Counted from the stretch's first letter, positions 8,599-18,135 are shown. The stretch is 40,655 nucleotides of DNA from Myxococcota bacterium (GCA_040752415.1 JBFMGU010000078.1:1-40655), one strand, 5' to 3'. Notes: generated by a model not told the origin, from the letters alone. Numbers and translations are program-made.

Positions 8599-9774
8599 TC
8601 ATGCCGTTGGCGCGGGCGAACAGGTGGCGGGACGATTCCTAACCAGCACGATCGTCGCCGTGAGCGCTACGAGAATCACCGCTCCCAGCGCGGCGGCACT
8701 GCCCTGGCGCTCGAGCAGGAATCCGCCCGCGAGCGGTCCCACCACGCGCCCCAGCGTTCCCGCCACCTGCTGCCAACCCAGGATGCGTCCGCGCTCTCCG
8801 GCGGGGGTCAGTGCCGCCAGCGTCGCGGTTGCCAGCGGCGTGATCAGACCCATCCCCGCCGCCATGACGACGAGCGCGGCAAGCAGCGTTGCGGCGTGCA
8901 TCCCCGCCATCAGTCCCGCCCCGCCCACCGCCATCATCGCCGCGCCAGCGATCATCACGCTTCGCGGAAGATACCGTCGGGTGAGCGGCGCAATGAGCGC
9001 GCCCTGAACCGCCAGCAGGACGGCGCCGAAGACCGCGAACCCCACGCCCGCTGCGTCGGCACCCCAGCCGCGTCGCTGCTGGACCACCAGGGGCATCACC
9101 GCCTGCAGCAGCGACGTGCACAAATAGGCCGCCAGGATGACGACGAGGATGTGCACGCTACCCCGCTGCGGAATCATGAACGCCGCTGGTGGAGCACCAT
9201 CACGCGCGGGGCGCGTCTCAGGGAGGATGACGAGTGCAGCAAGCGCGGCCAGCAACGCCACGAGTCCAGCCGCCGCCGCGGGTACCCAGATGCCCCGCTC
9301 CGAGAGCCCCGCACCGAGCAGCGGCCCCGTCACCATGCCCACGCCCATTGCGGCGCCAAAGCGGCCCAGCCGCGCCGCGCGTTCGTGCTCGCTGCTGGTG
9401 TCGACGACGATGAGCTGCAGCGTTGCCAGGTTCCCGGCGGTTGCTCCGGCGAGAACCCGCGCCACCACCATGCCCACCACGGAGGACGACGCCATGGCCA
9501 CCCCCAGCAGCGCCATGGACACTGCGTTGCCGAGGAGACTGAGCAGCACCACCGGCCTGCGACCCACGCGGTCCGCGAGCATTCCGAGACACGGCGCCAT
9601 GATGAGCTGGGCCACGGAGTAGCTGGCGAGCGTGACCCCGGCGTCCTCCGCGGTTCCGCCGACGGCGGTGACGGCGAGCGGAAGGATGGGTGCCACGATG
9701 CCGAACCCCACCAGGTCCAGGAATGCGGCGCAGTACAGCAGGACGTGCACGTGCGATGGGTTTAGCTTCGGCAC
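8599..9774 (-). CDS. MFS transporter (12-TM major facilitator)
   Basis: 391 aa and hydrophobic throughout, with the MFS loop motif GMLADRVGRRP. First gene of a co-directional four-gene cluster. Confidence 0.8.
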   Translation of the reverse strand: MPKLNPSHVHVLLYCAAFLDLVGFGIVAPILPLAVTAVGGTAEDAGVTLASYSVAQLIMAPCLGMLADRVGRRPVVLLSLLGNAVSMALLGVAMASSSVVGMVVARVLAGATAGNLATLQLIVVDTSSEHERAARLGRFGAAMGVGMVTGPLLGAGLSERGIWVPAAAAGLVALLAALAALVILPETRPARDGAPPAAFMIPQRGSVHILVVILAAYLCTSLLQAVMPLVVQQRRGWGADAAGVGFAVFGAVLLAVQGALIAPLTRRYLPRSVMIAGAAMMAVGGAGLMAGMHAATLLAALVVMAAGMGLITPLATATLAALTPAGERGRILGWQQVAGTLGRVVGPLAGGFLLERQGSAAALGAVILVALTATIVLVRNRPATCSPAPTA

Positions 9775-9895
9775 CCGCCCAGGCTATCCCGGAAGGCCGC
9801 GCTTGTGGATGACCGACCAATGTCCTAGTGACGACGCGACGGCCGGAAGCGCCAACCGGGGGGAGCGCGACGCGACGGACGGCCACGGAGCCTGC

Positions 9896-10768
9896 ATGAC
9901 CGAGACCTCCTCCACGCACGCCGCCCACGTCGAGCGTGTTGCCACCTACTACGACGACATGACGCGGCTGGCGAAGTTCATCGGCTGGTTCGACCAGAGC
10001 GACATGATCCACTTCGGGTACTGGGACGCGTCGGTGCGCACGCACCAGGAGTCGCTGGTGGCCATGAGCGACCAGTTGCTGCAGGGCGTCGGCTTCTCAC
10101 GCGGGATGCACGTCCTGGACGCGGGGTGCGGCATTGGCGGCATGGCGCTGAAGCTGGCGCGACAGCACGGCGTTCAGGTCACCGGCGTGAACATCTGCGA
10201 GTCCCAGCTGGAGCAGGCGCGGACGCTTGCCGCGCGCGAGGGACTGCAGGACCGGGTGTCCTTCCAGAATGCGGACTACAACCACCTGCCCTTTCCCGAC
10301 GCCACCTTTGACGTGGTCACCATGGTGGAGAGCCTGATCTACACGCCGGACAAGGCCCCACCGCTGCGCGAGATGTGTCGCGTGCTCAAGCCCGGTGGCC
10401 GCCTGCTGATTGCGGATGGGTTCCTGACGCGGGATCCGCTCGACGACGCCGCGGCCGCCGAGGTGAAGCGCTCCGGGGAATGCTGGGGCGGCGCGGTGTG
10501 GATCTCCAAGGACGCCACGGACCGCACCCTGCGTGAGATCGGCTTCAGCGAGGTGAACATCCGCGATGTCACCCACCACGTCGAGAAGTCGCTCAAGCGG
10601 CTGCTCTGGACGTGTCGCGTGCTGGTGCCGTTGGCGCGTCCCTTCGTCGAGGTGGGCATCATCCCGCGGAACTACTTTCCCATCGGGATGGCCGGGATCC
10701 ACCAGTGGGAGATCCATCGGAAGGGCTACTGGTGCTACGCGCTCGTGCAGGCGCGGAAGGCCGGATAA
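9896..10768 (+). CDS. Class I SAM-dependent methyltransferase (Methyltransf_11-like; phospholipid N-methyltransferase or CFA-synthase-like)
   Basis: YYDDMTRLAKFIGW...HFGYW pre-motif, SAM-binding VLDAGCGIGG, and LKPGGRLLI. ATG at 9896; an alternative ATG lies at 9809. Divergent from the MFS operon. Confidence 0.75.
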   Translation: MTETSSTHAAHVERVATYYDDMTRLAKFIGWFDQSDMIHFGYWDASVRTHQESLVAMSDQLLQGVGFSRGMHVLDAGCGIGGMALKLARQHGVQVTGVNICESQLEQARTLAAREGLQDRVSFQNADYNHLPFPDATFDVVTMVESLIYTPDKAPPLREMCRVLKPGGRLLIADGFLTRDPLDDAAAAEVKRSGECWGGAVWISKDATDRTLREIGFSEVNIRDVTHHVEKSLKRLLWTCRVLVPLARPFVEVGIIPRNYFPIGMAGIHQWEIHRKGYWCYALVQARKAG

Positions 10769-11131
10769 GGCGGCTCGCGCCGTCGGTGTTGGGGCACGGG
10801 ATCCTTCCCGCGCTGACTGCATCCCCTCCGGTACGCTCCACGGACAAACGCCAACCGTTGTCCGGCAGGCGGGCCCCAGTCACCTGATTCACAGCGTGTC
10901 CTCGGCACGTGCACCAGGGGCGGCGCGCGGAGCCGCGTTGGCTCCTCGGTCGTCTGATGGGGACGGACCAGCCGGGGCTGTCGGCGCGCGGGGCCTGCGA
11001 CTTCGTCCGTGCTTCGCTATCTCATCGCGCACGGTGTCGCGGTTCCTCGGAAAGTCCACTGATGGGACTCCCAGGGCGCGCTGGACACCGTGCTCATGAC
11101 GCGCGTGACCATCCCAGGGGGGGAGGGAACC

Positions 11132-11728
11132 ATGAAACTCGGTGAACAACTCGTGTTGGAGCGGCGCATCACGCCAACCCAGTTGCAGTCGGTGCTGGCC
11201 TACCAGAAGCGCTGGTCCTGCAAGTTTGGAGAGGCGCTCCTGGCGTCAAACCTCTTGAGCAGCAGGGACGTCCTGTCGCTCGTGGCGCGCAAGCTCGGCG
11301 TACCTTATGTGGAGCTGGATGTGCTGAGGATCCCAGAGCACACGGTGGGAATGCTGCCCTCCCAGCTCCTCGCCCGTCACGCGGTGATACCGCTGGGCAC
11401 CCGGGGCTCCACCGCGCGGGCGCCAATGATGGTGGCGATGAGCGAGCCCCAGAACCTTCGGGCCGTGGACGACATCTCGTTTGCCGCGGGAAGGCCCATC
11501 ATGCCCGTCCTTGCCATGCCGCAGGACATCCAAACCGCACTGCGTCGCCATGGCATCATCCTCGGCCGACCCTTCGACCCGCTGGAGCTCCCGGAAGACG
11601 CGGAAGACCTGGTGATCACGCGGGGCGTCGAGGTCGAGTTCCTGCAGGTGCAATCCGCGACCGTTCCCGCCCCCCAAACTCGCGACCCCCTGGACTGGAC
11701 CGTGGCGATTGCGCAGGGTCAGGCCTGA
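11132..11728 (+). CDS. Stand-alone T2SS-E N-terminal (GspE_N / MshEN-type, putative c-di-GMP-binding) domain protein
   Basis: RBS GGGAGGG then ATG 11132. Contains LGEQLVLERRITPTQLQSVLAYQK...LGEALLASNLLSSRDVLSLVARKLGVPYVELD, typical of GspE N-terminal or MshEN domains. Confidence 0.6.
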   Translation: MKLGEQLVLERRITPTQLQSVLAYQKRWSCKFGEALLASNLLSSRDVLSLVARKLGVPYVELDVLRIPEHTVGMLPSQLLARHAVIPLGTRGSTARAPMMVAMSEPQNLRAVDDISFAAGRPIMPVLAMPQDIQTALRRHGIILGRPFDPLELPEDAEDLVITRGVEVEFLQVQSATVPAPQTRDPLDWTVAIAQGQA

Positions 11729-11775
11729 GCCAGCGCGTGACGCGTGGCTCCCACGACAATCCACGCCACCTTTCA
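11640..11775. repeat. Repeat copy A (3' end of the MshEN gene plus downstream hairpin GCCAGCGCGTGACGCGTGGC)
   Basis: About 135 bp with near-identical counterpart at 17990-18135 (core ggtcaggccWgagccagcgcgtgacgc..gtggctccca.cgacaatYcacgcc). Confidence 0.55.
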
Positions 11776-12027
11776 TGTTCGTGCAGGGTAGTTCTTGGCC
11801 ACGGTGACATGCGCCTTGCACACCGCCAGCCCCTGCCTCGACGTCGGGCCCAGGTTCGGCCTGGCCGCAGCGGTCGGTGGCGTACGGGGTGAGCGCCGCC
11901 GCCGCAAGGTGGGCGTAGAGCAGGGAACCCGCAGCGAGCACAACCGGCTGCGACCAGAACACCACCTGGTCCACGCGGTTGGATGCACCCGCATCCGGAG
12001 GCGAAGGACACGGACCTGAAAGAGCCG

Positions 12028-12842
12028 CTATTTCGCGAACACCTTCCGCGCGCTCTCCTGGTGTGCCGCCTTCTTCGCGGCGCACAGCCGCACGTTCTCG
12101 ACGGTCAACGCCAGCTCCCGCTCCAATCCGGGCGTGCTCTGCTTGCGCGGCGCGAAATAGGTTTCGAGCTCCCTGGCCTTCTCCTCGGAGCACCAACCCC
12201 CGAAGAGGCCGGGCAGCCGCGCCGCGCCAAAGGTCTGCGGCAGCCGCGCCAGCGACGCGTCGACGTGCGACTGCACCCAGGCCCAGGTCGCGTCGGTGGT
12301 CCGGAAGTCGTGCGCCTGGCGACCTGGATGCGACCGTCGGAGAGCGTGGTTGGCGGCTGCTCGGGCGCATTGGCGAAGACGCGGTTGCCGGCGGGAGTGG
12401 TGATGGAGAGGGTGAAGGGCGTCTTGAAGCCGGGCTCGTCGAAACATGGAAACGCATCCCGCGCGGTGATCGCCTCGAACTGTGTGAACACGTACCAGTT
12501 GTCCCCGAATTTCACGCGGTAGACCGACTCGAGCGATTCGTTGAACTTCGTCCTCCATGCGATCTCCAGGTCCACCTCGCCTGGCCCCACCGCGCTGCCC
12601 GCCTCCAGGCGCGCCATTCCGTCGTCATCAGCTGCGTGGGATCGAGGTCGAGCTGGACGGTGTACGCCAAGGGTCGCACGCCGGGCGGGAGCCGGAACCC
12701 GCGTTTCGAGCCGGCGCTGCTCCCGTCGGCTTCGGCGCCGTGGTATCCGCATCTCTCGGAAACCTGCGCAGGCGAGAACCCAGGAGCGCTCCGCGATGAC
12801 GACGAGAGCCAACACGGAACTCATCCTCCACAACGCTCCCAC
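12028..12842 (-). pseudogene. Remnant of an M1-family aminopeptidase N gene (N-terminal and C-terminal fragments only; catalytic HEXXH core deleted)
   Basis: ORF 12105-12842 encodes an M1 N-domain (FEAITARDAFPCFDEPGFKTPFTLSITTPAGN). ORF 12028-12558 in another frame encodes an M1 C-terminal domain (LPGLFGGWCSEEKARELETYF). The frames join near 12300-12330. Total length is under 0.8 kb against about 2.6 kb for an intact gene. Confidence 0.6.
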
Positions 12843-13617
12843 CCGGCCCGGTCACGAGGACCGTTGGCCGTTCCTCAAGACGCTGGGCTACACGCTGGAC
12901 ATCTCGGTGCGTTGCCTGTGGTCCACCTACCGGGGACGCGGCGGCGTCAAGCGTTGCGACGAGCTGCTGGACTGGTGGTGGCGGAAGATCTTCACGTCCG
13001 GGGAGGCGTCCCTGACGGTGGAGGGACGCGAGCACTTCATCCGCGGCGGCGCGCACGTGGTCATGTCCAACCACACCTCGCTCCTGGACATCCCGGCCAT
13101 CATTGGCGCGGTGCCTGGCTCCGTGCGCATGGTGACCAAGCAGGAGCTGATGCGCGTTCCGTTGTGGGGTCGCGCGCTGCTGGCGTCGGGCTTCATTCCC
13201 ATTGACCGCCGCAACCGGGAGCGCGCCATCCAGCAGTTGGAGAAGGCCAAGGAGACGCTGGCCACCGGCGTGAATGTGTGGATTGCGCCGGAGGGAACGC
13301 GGAGCCGGGATGGTCGGCTGGCCCCGTTCAAGAAGGGCGGGTTCCACACCGCCGTCGCGCTGGGCGCGACCATCATTCCGACGTGGATTGATGGCGCCTC
13401 CGACATCATCCCGCCTGACCAGCTCGTGGCGCGCCACGGGCGGATGGTCACGGTGCGTTTTGGGGCGCCCATTCCGACGGTGAGCCGCTCCCGGGAAGAC
13501 CTCGAGCCGCTGATGCAGGAAGTGCGTGACGCCATCCTGGCGTTGTCACGCGGTGCCGCGGTGGCGACGGAGGCCGCGCAAGCGGAGCCCGCACCGACGG
13601 TTGCACGCGGAGACTGA
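12796..13617 (+). CDS. plsC: 1-acyl-sn-glycerol-3-phosphate acyltransferase (PlsC/LPLAT family)
   Basis: Motifs NHTSLLD (HX4D) and PEGTRS. ATG 12796 follows CAGGAG. The Arg-rich ORF extension upstream is ignored. Confidence 0.8.
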   Translation: MTTRANTELILHNAPTRPGHEDRWPFLKTLGYTLDISVRCLWSTYRGRGGVKRCDELLDWWWRKIFTSGEASLTVEGREHFIRGGAHVVMSNHTSLLDIPAIIGAVPGSVRMVTKQELMRVPLWGRALLASGFIPIDRRNRERAIQQLEKAKETLATGVNVWIAPEGTRSRDGRLAPFKKGGFHTAVALGATIIPTWIDGASDIIPPDQLVARHGRMVTVRFGAPIPTVSRSREDLEPLMQEVRDAILALSRGAAVATEAAQAEPAPTVARGD

Positions 13618-13958
13618 GCGTTCCCGGTCACCACCGTCGATGACCCGCCAGGCGTACACGTTCAATCCCCCGCGGAGGCCCACCCTTTCGCCGCTCGGGC
13701 GCTCCACTTCGTCCTCGTCGACGAGGCTGAGCGCGGGGCCTCTCCGCTCGCGCGTCGCCAGCGCGCCCGCACACACGCCGCGAGCGCGTCCAGACCGTCG
13801 TGCTCCTGACGCGCCAGCCGCAGGAACTCCTCGAGCTGCTCCCGCACCAGGCTGGCAGTCGGACTCCTGGTAAGACTGCGCCGACAATGCGGCCCTACCG
13901 GACGGATACTGCGGACGGCTCCGTCCTCCCAAGGTGGCGCGTAGCGGACGCCCACCGG

Positions 13959-14948
13959 TCATCTTCCAAGGGCGTCCTTGAGCGCGGCGGGATCGTCGGT
14001 GATCAGGGCGTCAACGCCCCAACTGGCCAGCGTCCTTGCCCGTGCGGCGGTGTTGACCGTCCATGCCGCGATCCTCCTCCCGTGCGCGTGCGCCGCCTGG
14101 ACCAACTCCCTGGAAACGGTTCTTGCCGGCACCACGATGTCGTCGGCGCTGGTGTCGCGGATGATTTCCATGACCAACTGTTCGGGCGAGGCAGCCCGCC
14201 GCGTCTCCATCCACGTCGCGTCGACCAGTGCGCCGGTCCGAATGCACGGGTCGGCTGCCTTGATCTCCCGGAGCGTCGGAAAGTCGAACGAGGAGACGAG
14301 GACGGCGTGGGTCATCTCATGGCTCCGGATGACCTCGACCAGCCTGCGCTCGATGCCAGGATAGCGGCTTGAGTCTCGGGCAGTCTTGACCTCGATCTGC
14401 ACGCCCGCCTTGCCCCTGACGAGGCTCAGCACCTCACCCAGGTTGGGAACAGCCTGCTCCGGATGGCCCATGACCTTCGCTGCTGCGTTCAGCTTGCGGA
14501 TGTCCCCGAGCGTCATGCGTCGGACCTCGCCAGTGCCGTTGGTGGTGCGCGCCACGTCGGGATCGTGGATGACGACGAGCTCGCCGTCCTTGCTGAGGTG
14601 GACGTCGCACTCCACCTGGTCCACGCCCAGCTGGAGCGCCCTGACGAACGTCCCCAAGGTGTTCTCCGGTCCAAGCGCTACTCCCCCCCGGTGCGCCGCG
14701 ATCACGGGGTGAGTCGCAGCTGCCACGGGCGCGCACCCGGGCCTGGCCGACAGCACCGAGGGCGCCTCGCGCGGAGGGCCGGTGGATGTGGCGCCAGGCG
14801 TGTTCTGCGTCGCCACCGCGTGCGCCTGCGCCGGGCCCGGCGGTCCGAGGTGCGGTCCGCGCGGGTTCGGCTGCTGGCACGCCACCGCGAGCAGGAGCGC
14901 CACCATCCAACGCCACGAGCGCGTTGCCACCGCCACGGCGGGGAGCAT
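13959..14948 (-). CDS. Glycerophosphodiester phosphodiesterase (GDPD) lipoprotein
   Basis: IAAHRGG...PENTLGTF...ECDVHLSKDGELVVIHD. Signal peptide with lipobox LLAVAC after ATG 14948. Confidence 0.8.
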   Translation of the reverse strand: MLPAVAVATRSWRWMVALLLAVACQQPNPRGPHLGPPGPAQAHAVATQNTPGATSTGPPREAPSVLSARPGCAPVAAATHPVIAAHRGGVALGPENTLGTFVRALQLGVDQVECDVHLSKDGELVVIHDPDVARTTNGTGEVRRMTLGDIRKLNAAAKVMGHPEQAVPNLGEVLSLVRGKAGVQIEVKTARDSSRYPGIERRLVEVIRSHEMTHAVLVSSFDFPTLREIKAADPCIRTGALVDATWMETRRAASPEQLVMEIIRDTSADDIVVPARTVSRELVQAAHAHGRRIAAWTVNTAARARTLASWGVDALITDDPAALKDALGR

Positions 14949-15149
14949 AGCCAGTAGCGGCCCCCTCCCGCGACCCCACAGCGCATGCGCACCACCTCGG
15001 CGGCTTGACGGGCGCCCCAGTCCTTTTCCCGTTGTGCTCCGACCCCTGGAGGGATGCACTGGGCCCGACCAGGAGCGCGCTCGCCCTTTGCTGCGACGCA
15101 GCTCTCGCGCCCCTTCGACGATGCACTCGACGTCCAGTTCGGCCATGGC

Positions 15150-15530
15150 TTCTCGGATTCCCAGCAACGATGACGCGGCTGTGACCATCCAGAAGCTGGC
15201 ACGGGTAGTAGAAAGTCCCGCTGATGTTGAGATACGTGACGACGACGTGCCAGTGCTCGTGAGCGCGCAGCGGCTGGACGAACCCCGGTCCTTTCTTCGT
15301 CGGTGAGCGATTCCAGCGGTCGAGTCGCCCAGCGTTCTTGAGCACGCGCTTGGTTGTGGCTGGGCTGACCGCCACGACGTCAGCGTCGAGCATCGAGAAG
15401 GCGAGTGTTTCGTGCGGCGCTGCGTGCGGGTCGCTCAAGGTCGTCCCGCGGTTGCTCCATCGAGGGTGGTCGCGTACTTTGTGCCGTGCGCCACGTGCTC
15501 CACCATCGCACCGGTTCACCACGACAGTGA
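15150..15530 (-). pseudogene. Transposase integrase-core (rve/DDE) fragment, IS remnant
   Basis: Minus-strand translation ...PLRAHEHWHVVVTYLNISGTFYYPCQLLDGHSRVIVAG fits the rve pattern W-x-D-x-T-Y...G..YL..v.D..SR.iv, with the first catalytic Asp replaced. No upstream HTH or downstream remainder is present. Confidence 0.35.
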
Positions 15531-15604
15531 TTGCCCCGTCCCTCTCAGGCCCAGACACTGCTGCCCGGCCCGATGAAGCGGACGACCCGGTTGCCCGCTG
15601 GCTG

Positions 15605-17653
15605 TTGCCGGCGTGCGTGGTGGGCGCGGCCATTGCGGCGGTGGCGCATCCGGTGCTGACGGGTGGTGAGCTGCTGGACTCGGACCTGCTCCGCTACTTC
15701 CTGCCGACGCTGGGCCTCATGGAAGGCCGGATCCCCGTCGTGGAGGTGCCTTCGGTCAATCCCTACGTGGCGGGCGGAAACCCGTACTGGGCGGACTTGC
15801 AGACCCTGGTCCTTTATCCACCGGCGTGGCTGTTCAGCGTCGCGCCGGCGCCGCGCGCGTTGCTGCTCTACCTCGCATTGCACGCGGGCGTTGCCTGCTG
15901 GGGTGCGGCGCGCATGCTGCGTGTGCTCGGCCTGTCCCTCACGGCCTGCTGTGCCGGGGGCCTGACCTGGGGTTTGACGCCGTGGATCATCCAGCACCAG
16001 GTGCACCCCACGTTTGTCGCCGTGGCGGCGTGGACGCCGTGGATCGGTGAACGCATCCGGCGAATCATGTCGTCGGAGCGGCCATGGGATCACGCGCCGG
16101 CACTCTGCCTGCTGTTTGCCGCCGTCGTCGCAGCGGCCAGCCCGGACATGATTCTCCTCGTCGCGCTTCCCATCGCGGTGTTGTTGGTGTGGGACGCGGA
16201 CCAGCGTGGCGTGGCGTTCGTTTCCCGGCGCGTGCTGTGCATTTTCACCTGCGCGGGGGTTGCCCTGGCGCTCACCGCGCCCATGTGGATTCCTGCGCTG
16301 CGTTGGGTTCCGCAGACCATCCGCCCCATGATGGTGACTGCAGGAGTTCGTCCCTATCCGTTGCTGCCGAGCGCCATGCTGAGAATGTTGGCGCCCGGCA
16401 TGTTGGGCAACCCGCTTTCCGAATACAGTGGACCGGGACCGGGTGGCGAGGAAGAGACGTTTCCTGGCCTCCTGGGTCTGTTGGCGTTGCCGCTGCTGAC
16501 CCAGCTTCCCCGTCGGGTTGCCCTGTGGGGCGGGGTTCTCCTGGCCGCCGGTTATCTGCTCGGTTTCACCTCGAGCGAAGTGGCGGGCGTCAACCGCGTG
16601 CCCTCGCGGTTTGCGGTGGTGTCCATCTTTGGTGCCACGCTGCTGGGGGCGGCGCTCGTCGAGACGGCGCAGCGTTCGGCATCGTCTGCGCTGAAACAGC
16701 GGCTGGCGCTCTGGGCGCTGGTTCTGGTGCTGAGCCAGGTCACCCTTTGGCGGGCGGTGGAGCACGTGACCCGTGGATCGGAGCTCTTCGCCGCGCACAG
16801 TGTGTGGGCGACGGTGGTGGCGGTGGTCCTGGCTGCGGCGGGCGTCTGGCTCGCCACGGAGCGCCGGCGCGCGGGAAGTCTCTTGATCCTCGTCGCCATT
16901 TTCACGCATGGGGCGCACAATGCCTGGCTGCAGCAGGACGTTTCCCCCGCCGGAACCTACGCGCGACCAGGCGCGGCGGCTCCCGCCATGCGGGAAGCCG
17001 GAGGCCGGATGTTGGATGCGCAGCCCGCCACCGCGCTCGTCAACTATGGCAGTGCGTGGCGCGTGCCCACGGTGCGCGGGTTCTCGCTGGTGCCGCGAGC
17101 CACCTGGGACATCGTGGCGCAACTGGATGGCCATCCCAACCCCGCCGCAGATGGCGCTTCGGCATTGGTGCTTGCGGCTAAGAATCCCTATTCGAGCGCG
17201 TGGGAGCAGTTGGGCGTCGGCAGTGTGCTCGACATGGCGGGCCGTCCCGTACCCCCGGACTGGAAGGTGGCTTGGCGCGACGACATCTTCCAGGTGGCCA
17301 CCCCCCCGTGGGCGTCGTGGGACGCGCGTTATTCGGGCGGACAGGTCACCGCGGTGGAGCGCAGCGAGGAGGGCGTTCGCGTCAGCGTGGCCGGGCCGGG
17401 CGGACCGGTGATCCTCGCGATGTGGCTGGAACATGGGCTGGAGTTGACGGTCGACGGGCACGCCGCGCCGTGGGAGCGCACGCCGCTGGGGCTGCTGCAG
17501 GTGGACGTGGCGCCGGGGGAGCACCAGGTCCTGATGACGTGGTCGGTGCCGGGCCTGGCCGCGGGCACGTACGCCTTCGCCATGGGCGCGGCGGTGTGGT
17601 TGCTGCTCGTCATTGCCCGCCGTCGTCGTGGGCGAGGGTCAACGCCCCTTTGA
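15605..17653 (+). CDS. Large polytopic membrane protein, YfhO-like (glycosyltransferase-C-fold family); start uncertain
   Basis: Many TM helices and the N-terminal pattern HPVLTGGELLDSDLLRYFLPTLG...NPYVAGGNPYWADLQTLVLYPPAWLF. The ORF is open from 15338, but that region is antisense to the transposase fragment, so I place a TTG/GTG start near 15605-15620. Confidence 0.5.
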   Translation: MPACVVGAAIAAVAHPVLTGGELLDSDLLRYFLPTLGLMEGRIPVVEVPSVNPYVAGGNPYWADLQTLVLYPPAWLFSVAPAPRALLLYLALHAGVACWGAARMLRVLGLSLTACCAGGLTWGLTPWIIQHQVHPTFVAVAAWTPWIGERIRRIMSSERPWDHAPALCLLFAAVVAAASPDMILLVALPIAVLLVWDADQRGVAFVSRRVLCIFTCAGVALALTAPMWIPALRWVPQTIRPMMVTAGVRPYPLLPSAMLRMLAPGMLGNPLSEYSGPGPGGEEETFPGLLGLLALPLLTQLPRRVALWGGVLLAAGYLLGFTSSEVAGVNRVPSRFAVVSIFGATLLGAALVETAQRSASSALKQRLALWALVLVLSQVTLWRAVEHVTRGSELFAAHSVWATVVAVVLAAAGVWLATERRRAGSLLILVAIFTHGAHNAWLQQDVSPAGTYARPGAAAPAMREAGGRMLDAQPATALVNYGSAWRVPTVRGFSLVPRATWDIVAQLDGHPNPAADGASALVLAAKNPYSSAWEQLGVGSVLDMAGRPVPPDWKVAWRDDIFQVATPPWASWDARYSGGQVTAVERSEEGVRVSVAGPGGPVILAMWLEHGLELTVDGHAAPWERTPLGLLQVDVAPGEHQVLMTWSVPGLAAGTYAFAMGAAVWLLLVIARRRRGRGSTPL

Positions 17654-17989
17654 CCACGCGCGGTCGCGGGCGGGGCGCAGCGGCGGGTCGCGCACCAGCA
17701 CATCCACGACGCGCTGCGCGGCGTGGCCGTCGCCAATGAGCACCTCCCAGTTCCGTGCCGCGGCGAGCATGGTGTCCACCGCGCCATCCAACGCCTGCAC
17801 CTCTGCGCTGGGCACAAGACGCTGGCTCCCACCGCAACCGTCTCCCGGCGCTCCGTGCTCTCCCGCAGCGTTACGTCCGGGACGTGCAGCGCGCCGGACC
17901 TCTTCCTGGACGCCAGCGGAGTCGGTCAGCGTGAGGACGGCGGACTGAAGGAGACACAGCGCATCCAGGTGACCCAGAGCATCCGTGGC

Positions 17990-18135
17990 GACGAGCTCGG
18001 GGGCGCGCAAGAGCCAGCTGCAACCCGCGCCCGCCCCGCCCCTCCAAACGTCGCGCCCCCGGATTGACCGCGGCGACTGCACAGGGTCAGGCCAGAGCCA
18101 GCGCGTGACGCCGTGGCTCCCAACGACAATTCACG
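17990..18135. repeat. Repeat copy B: decayed partial duplicate of the MshEN gene 3' end plus downstream hairpin; overlaps the stop of the DUF1501 gene
   Basis: Aligns with 11640-11775. Upstream ORF 17723-18067 ends ...QEPAATRARPAPPNVAPPD, a degenerate match to the MshEN C-terminus ...QVQSATVPAPQTRDPLD. Confidence 0.5.

Noticed and set aside
10769-11131. Possible sigma-54 promoter (GGCACGtgcaCCAGG) upstream of the MshEN gene
   Set aside because: The -12 element lacks the conserved GC in the correct register, so it is not convincing.
11979-13205. 408-aa plus-strand ORF across the aminopeptidase remnant
   Set aside because: Arg/Pro-rich and antisense to recognisable M1 peptidase fragments; it also overlaps the plsC start.
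14434-15140. Continuation of the 399-aa minus ORF beyond the transposase-like segment
   Set aside because: Below ~15150 it overlaps the GDPD gene in another frame and has no similarity; only residues ~36-160 look transposase-like.
15338-15604. ATG 15338 as the start of the YfhO-like membrane protein
   Set aside because: The 90-codon extension has no TM or domain character and lies antisense to a transposase-core-like segment. The conserved N-terminal TM and motif begin near 15605.
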